Below are positions 32,413-40,784 of a stretch of DNA of 64,000 nucleotides, piece after piece. The position numbers and the translations under genes are program-made. The stretch lies in contig CAYTAT010000001.1 of NCBI GenBank assembly GCA_964435795.1, positions 166,153-230,152 of the forward strand. The letters are read 5' to 3'. A model generated the notes under the pieces. That model saw only the letters and a list, made by a program, of their open reading frames with translations. It ran no database searches and was not told the DNA's origin. This DNA comes from an uncultured Spirochaetaceae bacterium. GTDB lineage: Bacteria; Myxococcota_A; UBA9160; UBA4427. Each line of letters opens with the position of its first letter. The first letter of the stretch is position 1.

Positions 32413-35079
32413 TCACTGATCCGGCTCGGCGGCGGTTTTCTTCGAGGGGTGCAGGCTCAGGAGTGCGGGCAGCAGGATCAGCACGGAGATCAGCGTATAC
32501 GCCAATCCGAAGCAGAGCATGACGCCCAAGGAGTGAAGGCCATTGTGGCTGGCGAGGGCGAGGCTCCCAAAGCTCACCGCCGTGGTGGCCGCACTGTAGT
32601 AGACGGCACGAGCGGTCGATGTTCCCAGCAGTCCGCCTTCCTCGTCGAGGTCCTCCTTGGCCTTCTGGACCAGGTGGATTGCGCTGTCGACGCCGATTCC
32701 GAAGATCAGGGGGATGACTACGATGTTGATGAAGTTGAGCCGGATATCCAGTAGAGCGGCCGTCGCGGCCGTCAGGGCGCCACCGAGGCAGAGGGGGGCC
32801 AGGACGAGCAGGACATTTCGCAAACTCCGCCAGAGCAGAAGGAGTAGCAGCGAAATCGTGATGAATGCCGAGGTCAGCGCCGTGGTGAACGAGAAGCTGA
32901 TCACGTTGGCGAATTCCACCAGGTTCAGTGGGACACCGGCCGCATTCGGACTCGCTTCCTTGACGGCGGAGACGAAGGCCTCCATGGCCTCGCCATCGCC
33001 CAATTCGCTGACCGGATAGACCTGGAGTCGTGCGGTGCCGTCGGCCGCCAGCATTCTTTCGGAGAGCCTGGCGGGAAGATTTTCGAGCGAGATCAACTGG
33101 GCGTCGAGGGCCTCTCGCACCCTCTTCAGATGGGCGGGAAAGGGGCCGAGGAGAACGGCTTCGAGATCCGATAGTGCTCTGGCGGGATCCGAATCGGACT
33201 CGATTCGGGAGAGAAATGCAGCGAGATGTTCCCTGAGTCGAATGACGCTGCGAGCCAGGGGGGCGTCTCCCTCGAGAGGCGGGTTGGATGCGAGGTAGTC
33301 GTGAAGTGCTTCCAGGGATTCGATTTGTTCCTCGAGGCGAGGAGTCGGCTGGCCATACCTCGGGAACTCGGGTTGTTCGAAGAGGAAGGCCACGTCCTGC
33401 AGGATCTCGATCTTCTCATCCTGTTCCTCCGGAACGAAGGAGGCCAGGCTGATGACGTGGTCGACTTCTTCGAGAGATTCGATTTCCGCCGCCAGTTGAA
33501 CGGCGGAATCGAGATCGGGCATGAGTACGTTCAGGTACCAGGGGGAGGTGGATGAATTGGCCAGAAGTTCTCGAAATGCCTGGACGGATTCCGACTCGGG
33601 ATCCCGCATTTCGATGACGTTGGCGTCGAAACGAAGTCCCGGAAGAAGCATCAGGGCCAGCAGTCCCATCAGGGCGGATACGGCCCGGATCGTGCGGGGA
33701 TATGCACCGATTCGGAGCCAGAAGCGGGTTGTGAAACGAACTCGAGCTTGCTCGATTTGTGCCGGATCGACCCGCAACCAGGTACTGAGGAGCGCCGGAA
33801 ATAATGTGAGGGTGAGGAAAAGAATGACGAACATTCCCGTTCCCGAAATCAATCCCAATTCCGCCACGCCCAGATAATCGGTGGGCACGAATACGAAAAA
33901 TCCGATGGCCGTGGTCAGCGTGCAGAAGACGAGCGCCGACCCCACCTTTCCCGCGGACTCGCGCATGGCGGCGGCATGATCCTTCCGCCGGGGTAGCAAG
34001 TCCACGTAGGCCATGCCCAGATGAATGCCGAAATCGGCCCCGAGTCCGATGAATAGAATTGCGAAGGTGATCGAGAGGGGATTCAGGGTACCGATGGCGG
34101 CGGCCGTAAAAGCCGCCGTCCAGATCAATCCCACGAGCAGGGTCAGCAGGGTTGCGGCCACGATCCGGGGAGAGCGAACGGCTCGAAGCAGGACCAGGGC
34201 CACGAGAATGAAGCAGAAGACTCCCGCGGCCCCCACATCCCATGCGATTCCGATCATCTCGTCGTAGTTGAGCGCGGGGTTGCCCGTGATCCGGACGCGG
34301 ACTCCCCGCTCGGTATCGAGGTTCAGTTCTTGAGCCGCCTCGCGGATGCTGTGAATCGGCCGTCGGCCCATGAGAATGTCGCTGTAGTCGAGAATCGGGT
34401 GGACGACGATGACCCTCTGCCTGGAGATATCGAGGGAGGAATCGCGGAGCAGCAACTCTTCCCATGAAACGGCGATCGGATAATCATCCCAGGCATTCAG
34501 GGTCGCCTCGGAGAGTCGATCGAGGATCAGCGCCCAATCGGCGCCGTCGTCAGCGCTCTCGTTCAACTCATCGAGCCCATCCTGGAGAATGCGCGTCATA
34601 TTTCCGAGGGTGGGATCCTGCTCGAGTTGGGTCAGGAGCGGCTGGATCTCGGCCATCTTATCCGCGAAGTCATCCAATTCTTCGGGGCTGCGGTAGAGCA
34701 GACCGTTCCGTTCGAAGAATTCTCCGCCCCCGGGCAGATAGGCCTGCTGGATGAATTCGCTCTTCTCCTGCAGGCGCTCGGTCAGGTCGATGGCCGCCTT
34801 GCGCGCCAATTCGGGCGTATCGGCTTCGACCACCACGAAGATCGCCTCCTCGAGATTTGGGAATTGGCGAATGAAGGCCTCGTGAGCCAGTCGCGAGGGC
34901 AGGTTCGTGGGCATGAGGCTGACATTGTCGGCGTTGATTCCGAGTTCGAGAAAGGTGTAGACGGCGAGAATCGCGGTCAGGCCGAGGATGCAGGCGAGGA
35001 TGCCGCGGGCCCGAGCGCCGACCCAATCGACCCAGCCGGCGAGCCATCGGGTGAGGAAGAAGTCGATTTCTCTCTTCAT
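32413..35079 (-). CDS. MMPL/RND-superfamily transporter (HpnN-like, 12 TM with two large periplasmic loops)
   Basis: 888 aa with duplicated halves, each a TM helix plus a large loop plus a 5-TM bundle (SSD-like). The general pattern matches hopanoid-associated HpnN or MMPL exporters. Confidence 0.85.
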   Translation of the reverse strand: MKREIDFFLTRWLAGWVDWVGARARGILACILGLTAILAVYTFLELGINADNVSLMPTNLPSRLAHEAFIRQFPNLEEAIFVVVEADTPELARKAAIDLTERLQEKSEFIQQAYLPGGGEFFERNGLLYRSPEELDDFADKMAEIQPLLTQLEQDPTLGNMTRILQDGLDELNESADDGADWALILDRLSEATLNAWDDYPIAVSWEELLLRDSSLDISRQRVIVVHPILDYSDILMGRRPIHSIREAAQELNLDTERGVRVRITGNPALNYDEMIGIAWDVGAAGVFCFILVALVLLRAVRSPRIVAATLLTLLVGLIWTAAFTAAAIGTLNPLSITFAILFIGLGADFGIHLGMAYVDLLPRRKDHAAAMRESAGKVGSALVFCTLTTAIGFFVFVPTDYLGVAELGLISGTGMFVILFLTLTLFPALLSTWLRVDPAQIEQARVRFTTRFWLRIGAYPRTIRAVSALMGLLALMLLPGLRFDANVIEMRDPESESVQAFRELLANSSTSPWYLNVLMPDLDSAVQLAAEIESLEEVDHVISLASFVPEEQDEKIEILQDVAFLFEQPEFPRYGQPTPRLEEQIESLEALHDYLASNPPLEGDAPLARSVIRLREHLAAFLSRIESDSDPARALSDLEAVLLGPFPAHLKRVREALDAQLISLENLPARLSERMLAADGTARLQVYPVSELGDGEAMEAFVSAVKEASPNAAGVPLNLVEFANVISFSFTTALTSAFITISLLLLLLWRSLRNVLLVLAPLCLGGALTAATAALLDIRLNFINIVVIPLIFGIGVDSAIHLVQKAKEDLDEEGGLLGTSTARAVYYSAATTAVSFGSLALASHNGLHSLGVMLCFGLAYTLISVLILLPALLSLHPSKKTAAEPDQ

Positions 35080-35441
35080 GGGGCGATTGGATTCCGTTTC
35101 CGAGCAGGGCTCTCAGGCTGGGGGCCCGCCGTCGGTACCCCTCAGCGGAAAAGACTAGCCCGCATGATTCGGGAAAGTCCGGTCGGGATGGGCATCTTCG
35201 AGAGCCGGCGGAAAAGTGGCCGCTCCAGAACTCGGGCCGAACCTTGCCGGCACGGGTCGGTAGAGGTCGGATTTCTCTCCCCATCGATGGATTCGCGATG
35301 TCGCGTCGGGCAGCCCAGGAATCCGGTTGCCGCTCCGGGCCTGGAATGATCGGCGTGGCGGCGGTAATTTGCACGGGGATCGAGGGAGATTGCGCGGTTC
35401 GGACCAACTCCGCGCTTCGCGGCGATCAGCATGGGGGAGAG

Positions 35442-36356
35442 ATGTCGGGCGCGTGGAGAAGAAGCGTGTGGAGAGTCGGGCCGGGTGTCGCATTGCTGCA
35501 TCTTCTGCCCAAGGGCCTGCTCTCCCATGCGGCGGGCAGGCTGGCTTCCCTGCCCCTGCCTCGCGGGCTGAGGATTCCCCTCTTGCGTTTGTTCGGAAGG
35601 GCCGTGGGGATCGACTTCGACGAAGTTCAGGAGCCCCTGGATCGATATGCTTCCCTCCAGGCCTTTTTTACCCGTGGCCTGAAGAGTGGAACACGCTCCT
35701 GGGATCCCGATCCTGGCGCCGTGACGGCTCCCTGCGACGGCGCCTGGGGTCAGGCTGGCCGGGTCGAGAGGGGAATGCTGCTGCAGGTGAAGGGCCGCCC
35801 TTATCGCCTTGCGGATCTGATCGGCGATGAAGAATTGGCGACTCGGATGGAGGGGGGGCATTATGCGACCTTCTACCTGTCGCCTCGGGACTATCATCGC
35901 TTTCATACGCCCTGCGCCATTCGCGTGATTCGGGCAACTCATATTCCCGGATCCCTCTGGCCCGTCAATCGCATCGGCGTGGAGGGGATCGAGGCCCTCT
36001 ATGCCCGCAACGAGCGCATCTGCGCCCATATGCGGATCGCCAATGGGGGGGAGACATCCTCCTCACAGCCCGAGGCCGATCTATGCATGGTGGCCGTAGG
36101 CGCCACGATGGTGGGGAAGATTCGCCTGACATTCGACGAGTTGACGACCCATCGGCGCGGGGGGGGGTGGAATTGTCGCGACTATTCGGGCGACGGCCTC
36201 GCGATGGCGAAGGGCGCCGAGTGGGGCCACTTCGAATTCGGCTCCACGATCGTGATGATCGCGACGCCCGATTCCCTCGCATTGGATGTCAGGCCTCCGG
36301 CAACGCCCCTCCGATTGGGCGAGAGGATCGGAGGGCTCCCGAGCCCCACCCCCTAG
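35442..36356 (+). CDS. psd: Phosphatidylserine decarboxylase proenzyme
   Basis: FFTRGLK, YHRFHTP, and the self-cleavage motif FGSTIV near the C-terminus. The ATG at 35442 is preceded by GGGGGAGA. Confidence 0.9.
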   Translation: MSGAWRRSVWRVGPGVALLHLLPKGLLSHAAGRLASLPLPRGLRIPLLRLFGRAVGIDFDEVQEPLDRYASLQAFFTRGLKSGTRSWDPDPGAVTAPCDGAWGQAGRVERGMLLQVKGRPYRLADLIGDEELATRMEGGHYATFYLSPRDYHRFHTPCAIRVIRATHIPGSLWPVNRIGVEGIEALYARNERICAHMRIANGGETSSSQPEADLCMVAVGATMVGKIRLTFDELTTHRRGGGWNCRDYSGDGLAMAKGAEWGHFEFGSTIVMIATPDSLALDVRPPATPLRLGERIGGLPSPTP

Positions 36357-36407
36357 ATATGCTCGCATCCCCGAGGCTGTCTATAATCGTGAGCGGAGGC
36401 GGTTGCC

Positions 36408-37130
36408 ATGGAGGTTGGCAGGCCCTGGCTCCCACTGGCCCGAGGGCGGCATGATCCAAGGGGCAGGCGTGGGCATGGGCGTGGGCATGGGCATGGGCAT
36501 CGGCGACGGGTGGCCGGGTTGGTCGGGCTGAAGTCGAGCCCGGCGTTCATATCCATCCTGCTCGTCTTGGCCTGTGCCGGGGGTCCACCATCCGATCTCG
36601 ATGATCTCTGTTCGATCTTCGAGCAGAAGAAGAACTGGTACAAGGATGCGAAAGCGTCCTTCGAGCGCTGGGGAGTGCCGGCCGCCATTCAGTTGGCGAT
36701 CGTCTACCAGGAATCACGCTTCCGGGCCGATGCCCGGCCCTCCCGGAAGAAGATCCTCGGGATCATCCCCGGTTCGCGACCCTCGAGCGCCTACGGATAT
36801 GGCCAGGTGCTCGATGGAACCTGGGAGAGATATGAGAAGAGCACGGGTCGCAGTGGAGCCGACCGCGATGATTTTGGGGATGTGGCCGACTTCATCGGCT
36901 GGTACGGAAACGTCGTCCAGCGCCGCTCCGGCCTCGATAAATCGGATGCCCGCGGCCTCTATCTCGCCTATCACGAGGGTCCCTCGGGCTTTGCCCGGGG
37001 GAGTCACCATTCCAAGCCGGGGCTTTTGAAGACCGCGAATCGCGTTGCAGCCCGGGCGGCTCGCTACCAGGCGCAATACGACGGCTGCCGCGAGGATCTG
37101 GATCGGGGCTTCTTCTTCGGACTCTTCTGA
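36408..37130 (+). CDS. Lytic transglycosylase (SLT-like) lipoprotein
   Basis: Lipobox LLVLAC, catalytic-Glu segment VYQESRF, and AYGYGQVLDGTW. The start is ambiguous. ATG 36408 gives an N-region with (GH)n and RRR. GTG 36510 gives a compact signal peptide (MAGLVGLKSSPAFISILLVLAC). Confidence 0.7.
   Translation: MEVGRPWLPLARGRHDPRGRRGHGRGHGHGHRRRVAGLVGLKSSPAFISILLVLACAGGPPSDLDDLCSIFEQKKNWYKDAKASFERWGVPAAIQLAIVYQESRFRADARPSRKKILGIIPGSRPSSAYGYGQVLDGTWERYEKSTGRSGADRDDFGDVADFIGWYGNVVQRRSGLDKSDARGLYLAYHEGPSGFARGSHHSKPGLLKTANRVAARAARYQAQYDGCREDLDRGFFFGLF
36465..36506. repeat. Hexanucleotide microsatellite (GGGCRT)x7
   Basis: AGGCGT GGGCAT GGGCGT GGGCAT GGGCAT GGGCAT CGGCGA, read directly from the sequence. 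It lies at or just upstream of the 5' end of the SLT-like lipoprotein gene. Confidence 0.85.
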
Positions 37131-37186
37131 GGGCTTCCGAAGCATCGGCATGCCGGGGCTTTTCGGGCTCTGCGAAAGGCTTCTGG

Positions 37187-38764
37187 CTAGGGGGATTCGC
37201 TTCTGCTTCCGGCCACCACGGATTCTTCCAATACGGGCCGAGCCAGTCGAATCCAATCGCAGAGCACGGATCTCGTCGTCCGGGGGTCGATCAGATCGTG
37301 CACTCCGAAGGCTTCGGCTCGTGCGAATGGGTTTCGGCCCTGGGATAGCTTCTTCTCCAATTCGAGCCTTTTCGCCTCGGGATCCTCCGCCGCCTCGATT
37401 TCACGTCGAAAAGCGACTGCGACTCCCCCCTCGATGGGCAGCGCACCTCCCTCGGCCGATGGCCACGAATAGACTTCTCCGCGCGGCCCGAAATGAGCGG
37501 CCGCGGCCACTCCATAGGTCTTGCGGATGATGACGGAGGCCCAGGGGACGCGGGAACGGACGGTGGCACAGATCGCTTCGACGCCGTAGCGGATGGTCGC
37601 CGATTCTTCCGCCGCCGATCCGATCATGAAGCCGGGCTCATCGACCAGGGCCACCATGGGAAGGTGGAAGGTGTCACAGAGTTCGATGAAGCGGCGGATT
37701 TTTTGTGCACCCTGGGCCGTCATGGAGCCGCCGTAGAAGCGCGGGTCGTTGGCCCAGATGCCCACCGGGTATCCCGCGAGGCGTGCCAGGCCCGTGATCT
37801 GGGAGCGGCCGTAGAGGGCGCCCATCTCGAAAAAGGAGTCGCGATCCACGACGGCCTCGATGATCCTGCGCATCTTGTAGACCTTGCGTCGTTCCCGGGG
37901 CACGATGTCCAGCAGGAACTCCTCGCGCCGGTCCACGGCGTCGAAATCCGGATCCCCGGGATCCTTGCGGGGCGGCATTTCGGATACGTTGCGGGGGAGA
38001 TACGAGAGGAAGCGCCGAATCTGCTCCATGACCTCCGTTTCATCCTCGGCCACGTTGTCGACCACACCGCTCTTCTGGTGAACCTTGGCGCCGCCGAGTT
38101 CATCCTTGGTCAACTTTTCTCCCAGGGCCCTTTCGACGACTGCCGGGCCGGCCACCAGGATTTGCGAGTTGTATTTCGTCATGATGGAGAAATGGGAGGC
38201 GGCCAGGCGCGCCGCGGGCAGGCCGGCAACGGCTCCCATGGCGGCGCTGATGACCGGAACGCATTCCAGGGCATCGGCCATGGAGGCGAAGCGGGATGTC
38301 GCGTAGACGGGATCGCCCATGGGGCGCGGCGCATTCCTCTTCTTTCCCCCCGTACCCGTGACACTGCCACCGCCTCCCTCCAGGAAACGGATCAGCGGAA
38401 GCCGATAGCGCAGGGCAAGTTCTTCGGCGTAAACGCTCTTGCGCAGGCCCGAAGGCGTCGGGGAGCCGCCCCTCTGGGTAAAATCCTCTCCGCCCACCAC
38501 GCAGGGTCGGCCGTCGAGACGCGCGATTCCCAGCACGTAGTTTCCGGGCGTGAACTCGCGCAACTCCCCATTCTCGTCGAGTTCTCCATATCCGGCCAGA
38601 GGCCCCTGCTCGCGAAAGCTGTCGACGTCGGCCAGGCTCGAGATGCGTTCCCGAATCGTCATCCGCCCCTTTTCGTGTTGGCGGGCGATGGCTTCCCCGC
38701 CTCCCAACTCCTGTGCGAGTCGGCGACGCTGCTCGATGCCTTCCACTTCCTTTTTCCAGCTCAT
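37187..38764 (-). CDS. Acyl-CoA carboxylase carboxyltransferase (beta) subunit, second copy
   Basis: 525 aa. MSWKKEVEGIEQRRRLAQELGG...KGRMTIRERI is a typical PccB/MmdA N-terminus. AAGGAAAA SD upstream. No biotin carboxylase gene is adjacent. Confidence 0.9.
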   Translation of the reverse strand: MSWKKEVEGIEQRRRLAQELGGGEAIARQHEKGRMTIRERISSLADVDSFREQGPLAGYGELDENGELREFTPGNYVLGIARLDGRPCVVGGEDFTQRGGSPTPSGLRKSVYAEELALRYRLPLIRFLEGGGGSVTGTGGKKRNAPRPMGDPVYATSRFASMADALECVPVISAAMGAVAGLPAARLAASHFSIMTKYNSQILVAGPAVVERALGEKLTKDELGGAKVHQKSGVVDNVAEDETEVMEQIRRFLSYLPRNVSEMPPRKDPGDPDFDAVDRREEFLLDIVPRERRKVYKMRRIIEAVVDRDSFFEMGALYGRSQITGLARLAGYPVGIWANDPRFYGGSMTAQGAQKIRRFIELCDTFHLPMVALVDEPGFMIGSAAEESATIRYGVEAICATVRSRVPWASVIIRKTYGVAAAAHFGPRGEVYSWPSAEGGALPIEGGVAVAFRREIEAAEDPEAKRLELEKKLSQGRNPFARAEAFGVHDLIDPRTTRSVLCDWIRLARPVLEESVVAGSRSESP

Positions 38765-38860
38765 CGGATTTTCCTTGCTCGGGTTCGCAGGTCGGCTACG
38801 CCCGGTCGAGAGTCCACCAGTTCAAAATCGGGTATTTCAGAACTTTCTGTCCAGCAACTT

Positions 38861-38987
38861 CTGGTCCTGGAAGTTCTCCTTCCGGAATCGTGGTTCCGGA
38901 AATCATGGCTCTGGGACATGATTTTCAAGACATGATCTTCAAGAAACGGTTTTCAAGAAATGGTTCTCAAGAAGAATGGTTTCAAAA
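38861..38987. repeat. Phased array of about 8-9 degenerate 14-bp units with TTCCGGAA and TTYTCAAGA cores
   Basis: Units read in phase from 38875: tctccTTCCGGAAt, cgtggTTCCGGAAa, tcatggctctggga, catgaTTTTCAAGa, catgaTCTTCAAGa, aacggTTTTCAAGa, aatggTTCTCAAGa, (ag)aatggTTTCAAAA. A related TCCTGGAA lies just upstream. This is the most AT-rich stretch in the window. Confidence 0.8.
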
Positions 38988-39470
38988 ATAGACGAGTTCG
39001 CAATGCAGGGAAGTGAGATCGACCAGACCGATCCTATTATGGCCCTCGAGCGTCCCGGCGCATTCCCCGGGGCAGAAGACCAGGGTCTCCCCGAGTTTCT
39101 GCTTCCGATAGAGGTGAGTGTGTCCATGCAGCGCCAGAGCGTGATGGGGCTTGAGGGATTCCTCGATTTCCAGGGGGTCGTGGGCGATCAGGATATGCCT
39201 GCCGGCCCAATGCACCTCGAGGGGCGGGTCGTCGAAAAGCATGCCATGACGAGTTGCGACAGTGTCGAGATGCGGTCTCTCCCCATGGTCGTTATTGCCG
39301 AAAACGCCGTGGATGGGCAGCTTCAGGGCCGAGAGGGCCTCCAGGACCTTGGGCTGGGTGATGTCGCCGGTATGCACCACCCGATCGACCGGATGGCGCT
39401 CGAAGATTTCCACGATTCGAGTGATACTTCGCAGGTTGTTATGAGTATCTCCGATCACGCCGATCACCAT
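38982..39470 (-). CDS. YfcE/MJ0936-family metallophosphoesterase
   Basis: 162 aa with GDTHNN, HTGD, GNND and HGHTH motifs in canonical order. Confidence 0.85.
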   Translation of the reverse strand: MVIGVIGDTHNNLRSITRIVEIFERHPVDRVVHTGDITQPKVLEALSALKLPIHGVFGNNDHGERPHLDTVATRHGMLFDDPPLEVHWAGRHILIAHDPLEIEESLKPHHALALHGHTHLYRKQKLGETLVFCPGECAGTLEGHNRIGLVDLTSLHCELVYF

Positions 39471-39604
39471 GGAATAGGTTTCGCCCTCTCTCGCTCCATT
39501 GGCCTTTGTCTGCGGGCGCCAAGCGTATCACGTTCGGTTTTCGTTCGGCGACTCAGGGGCTAAGCTGCGTGGAAGGCGATTTGGGTGTGGAAAGGAGTTC
39601 TTCG

Positions 39605-39838
39605 ATGCCAGATACAAGCGACTTCCGTGCCAGTGGGTCGGACGAACGGAGATCCGGCAATCGCAGGTCGAAGGAGCGGAGAGCCGGCGATAGGCGGGCC
39701 GATGAACGCCGACCCGGGGAGGGGAGTTCGCGGGCCGGAAATTCCGATGAAAGAAGATCCGGCGATCGCAGGTCCGAGGAGAGAAGGTCGGATCCGAGAC
39801 GACTCGGGGATCGAAGGTCGGGTCGGGAGAGGCCCTGA
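39605..39838 (+). CDS. Candidate 77-aa arginine-rich pentapeptide-repeat micro-protein (or purine-rich leader of the crotonase gene)
   Basis: AAGGAG lies 7 nt upstream of ATG 39605. There are ten xRRxx pentapeptides in two blocks. The stop TGA (39836-39838) overlaps the ATG of the next gene. Atypically heavy AGA/AGG codon use argues against ordinary coding. Confidence 0.4.
   Translation: MPDTSDFRASGSDERRSGNRRSKERRAGDRRADERRPGEGSSRAGNSDERRSGDRRSEERRSDPRRLGDRRSGRERP
39617..39632 (-). promoter_or_regulatory. Sigma-54-type -24/-12 promoter candidate (TGGCACG-GAAG-TCGCT) facing the metallophosphoesterase gene
   Basis: The minus strand reads TGGCACGGAAGTCGCT. This matches TGGCACG-N4-TTGCW at 11 of 12 positions with exact GG-N10-GC spacing, about 147 nt upstream of the ATG at 39470. 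Confidence 0.4.
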
Positions 39839-40752
39839 TGGCAGGTTCTGACGTGAAGGGATCCGATCGAAAAGGGGCCGCCGGGCGAAGTGCCTACGAA
39901 ACCCTCCTGACCGATCTGGAGGAAGGCGTGCTGACGGTCACGCTCAACCGCCCGGAAAAACTCAATGCCTTTACGACCCCGATGATGAACGATCTCCTGC
40001 AGCTGGCGGACTTCGTGGATGCCGAAGATGAAGTGCGGGCCGTGATCTTCACCGGAGCGGGCAGGGGATTCTGCGCTGGTGCGGATCTCTCCTCGGGGGG
40101 GGATACCTTCGAAAGCGATGCCTCGGAAGGGGTGAGTCGAGATCGCGCTCCGAGAGATGGAGGAGGACGTGTAACCCTGCGCTTCTTCGATTGCAGGAAA
40201 CCCCTGATCGCAGCGATCAACGGTGCGGCCGTGGGGGTCGGGATCACCCAGACCCTGCCCATGGATATCCGGCTGGCGAGTGAGAAGGCGAAATTTGGCT
40301 TCGTTTTCGCACGTCGCGGAATTGCCCCTGAAGCGGCCAGCAGCTGGTTTCTGCCCCGGGTAGTGGGGATCAGCAAGGCGATGGAGTGGGTGGCCAGCGG
40401 TCGCGTCTTCGGGCCCGAGGAAGCCCTGGCGGCGGGATTGGTTTCGGAAGTGCTCGCCCCCGAGGCCCTGCTGCCCCGGGCCCGGGAGCTGGCCCGGGAA
40501 ATTGCGGCGCATACCAGCGCCGTATCCGTGGCGCTCTCCAGGCAGATGATGTGGAAGATGCTCGGCGCTTCGCATCCCATGGAGGCCCATCGCATCGATT
40601 CCAAGGTGATCGACTTCATGGGCCGTGAGCCCGATTCGAAGGAGGGGATCATGAGTTTTCTCGAAAAACGTGCCCCTCGTTTCCCGATGAAGGTTTCGAG
40701 CGATCTGCCGGACTTCTATCCCTTCTGGGAAGAGCCGGAATATGAGGACTAG
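39838..40752 (+). CDS. Enoyl-CoA hydratase/isomerase (crotonase) family protein
   Basis: VLTVTLNRPEKLNAF, the oxyanion segment GRGFCAGADL, and AAINGAAVGVG. 304 aa. Confidence 0.9.
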   Translation: MAGSDVKGSDRKGAAGRSAYETLLTDLEEGVLTVTLNRPEKLNAFTTPMMNDLLQLADFVDAEDEVRAVIFTGAGRGFCAGADLSSGGDTFESDASEGVSRDRAPRDGGGRVTLRFFDCRKPLIAAINGAAVGVGITQTLPMDIRLASEKAKFGFVFARRGIAPEAASSWFLPRVVGISKAMEWVASGRVFGPEEALAAGLVSEVLAPEALLPRARELAREIAAHTSAVSVALSRQMMWKMLGASHPMEAHRIDSKVIDFMGREPDSKEGIMSFLEKRAPRFPMKVSSDLPDFYPFWEEPEYED

Positions 40753-40784
40753 GGGGTGAAGGCGTTGGAAGCCGGGTTGCCAAA

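Noticed and set aside
36286-36531. ORF giving a Gly/Met-rich peptide (MIQGAGVGMGVGMGMGIGDGW...) across the hexamer repeat
   Set aside because: It is a by-product of the microsatellite in an alternative frame. Most of the ORF overlaps the psd 3' end, and there is no SD.
38861-38987. Possibility that the 14-bp array (or the 15-bp array at 60163) is a CRISPR locus
   Set aside because: The repeats are directly abutting with no unique spacers, the units are far shorter than CRISPR repeats, and there are no cas genes in the window.
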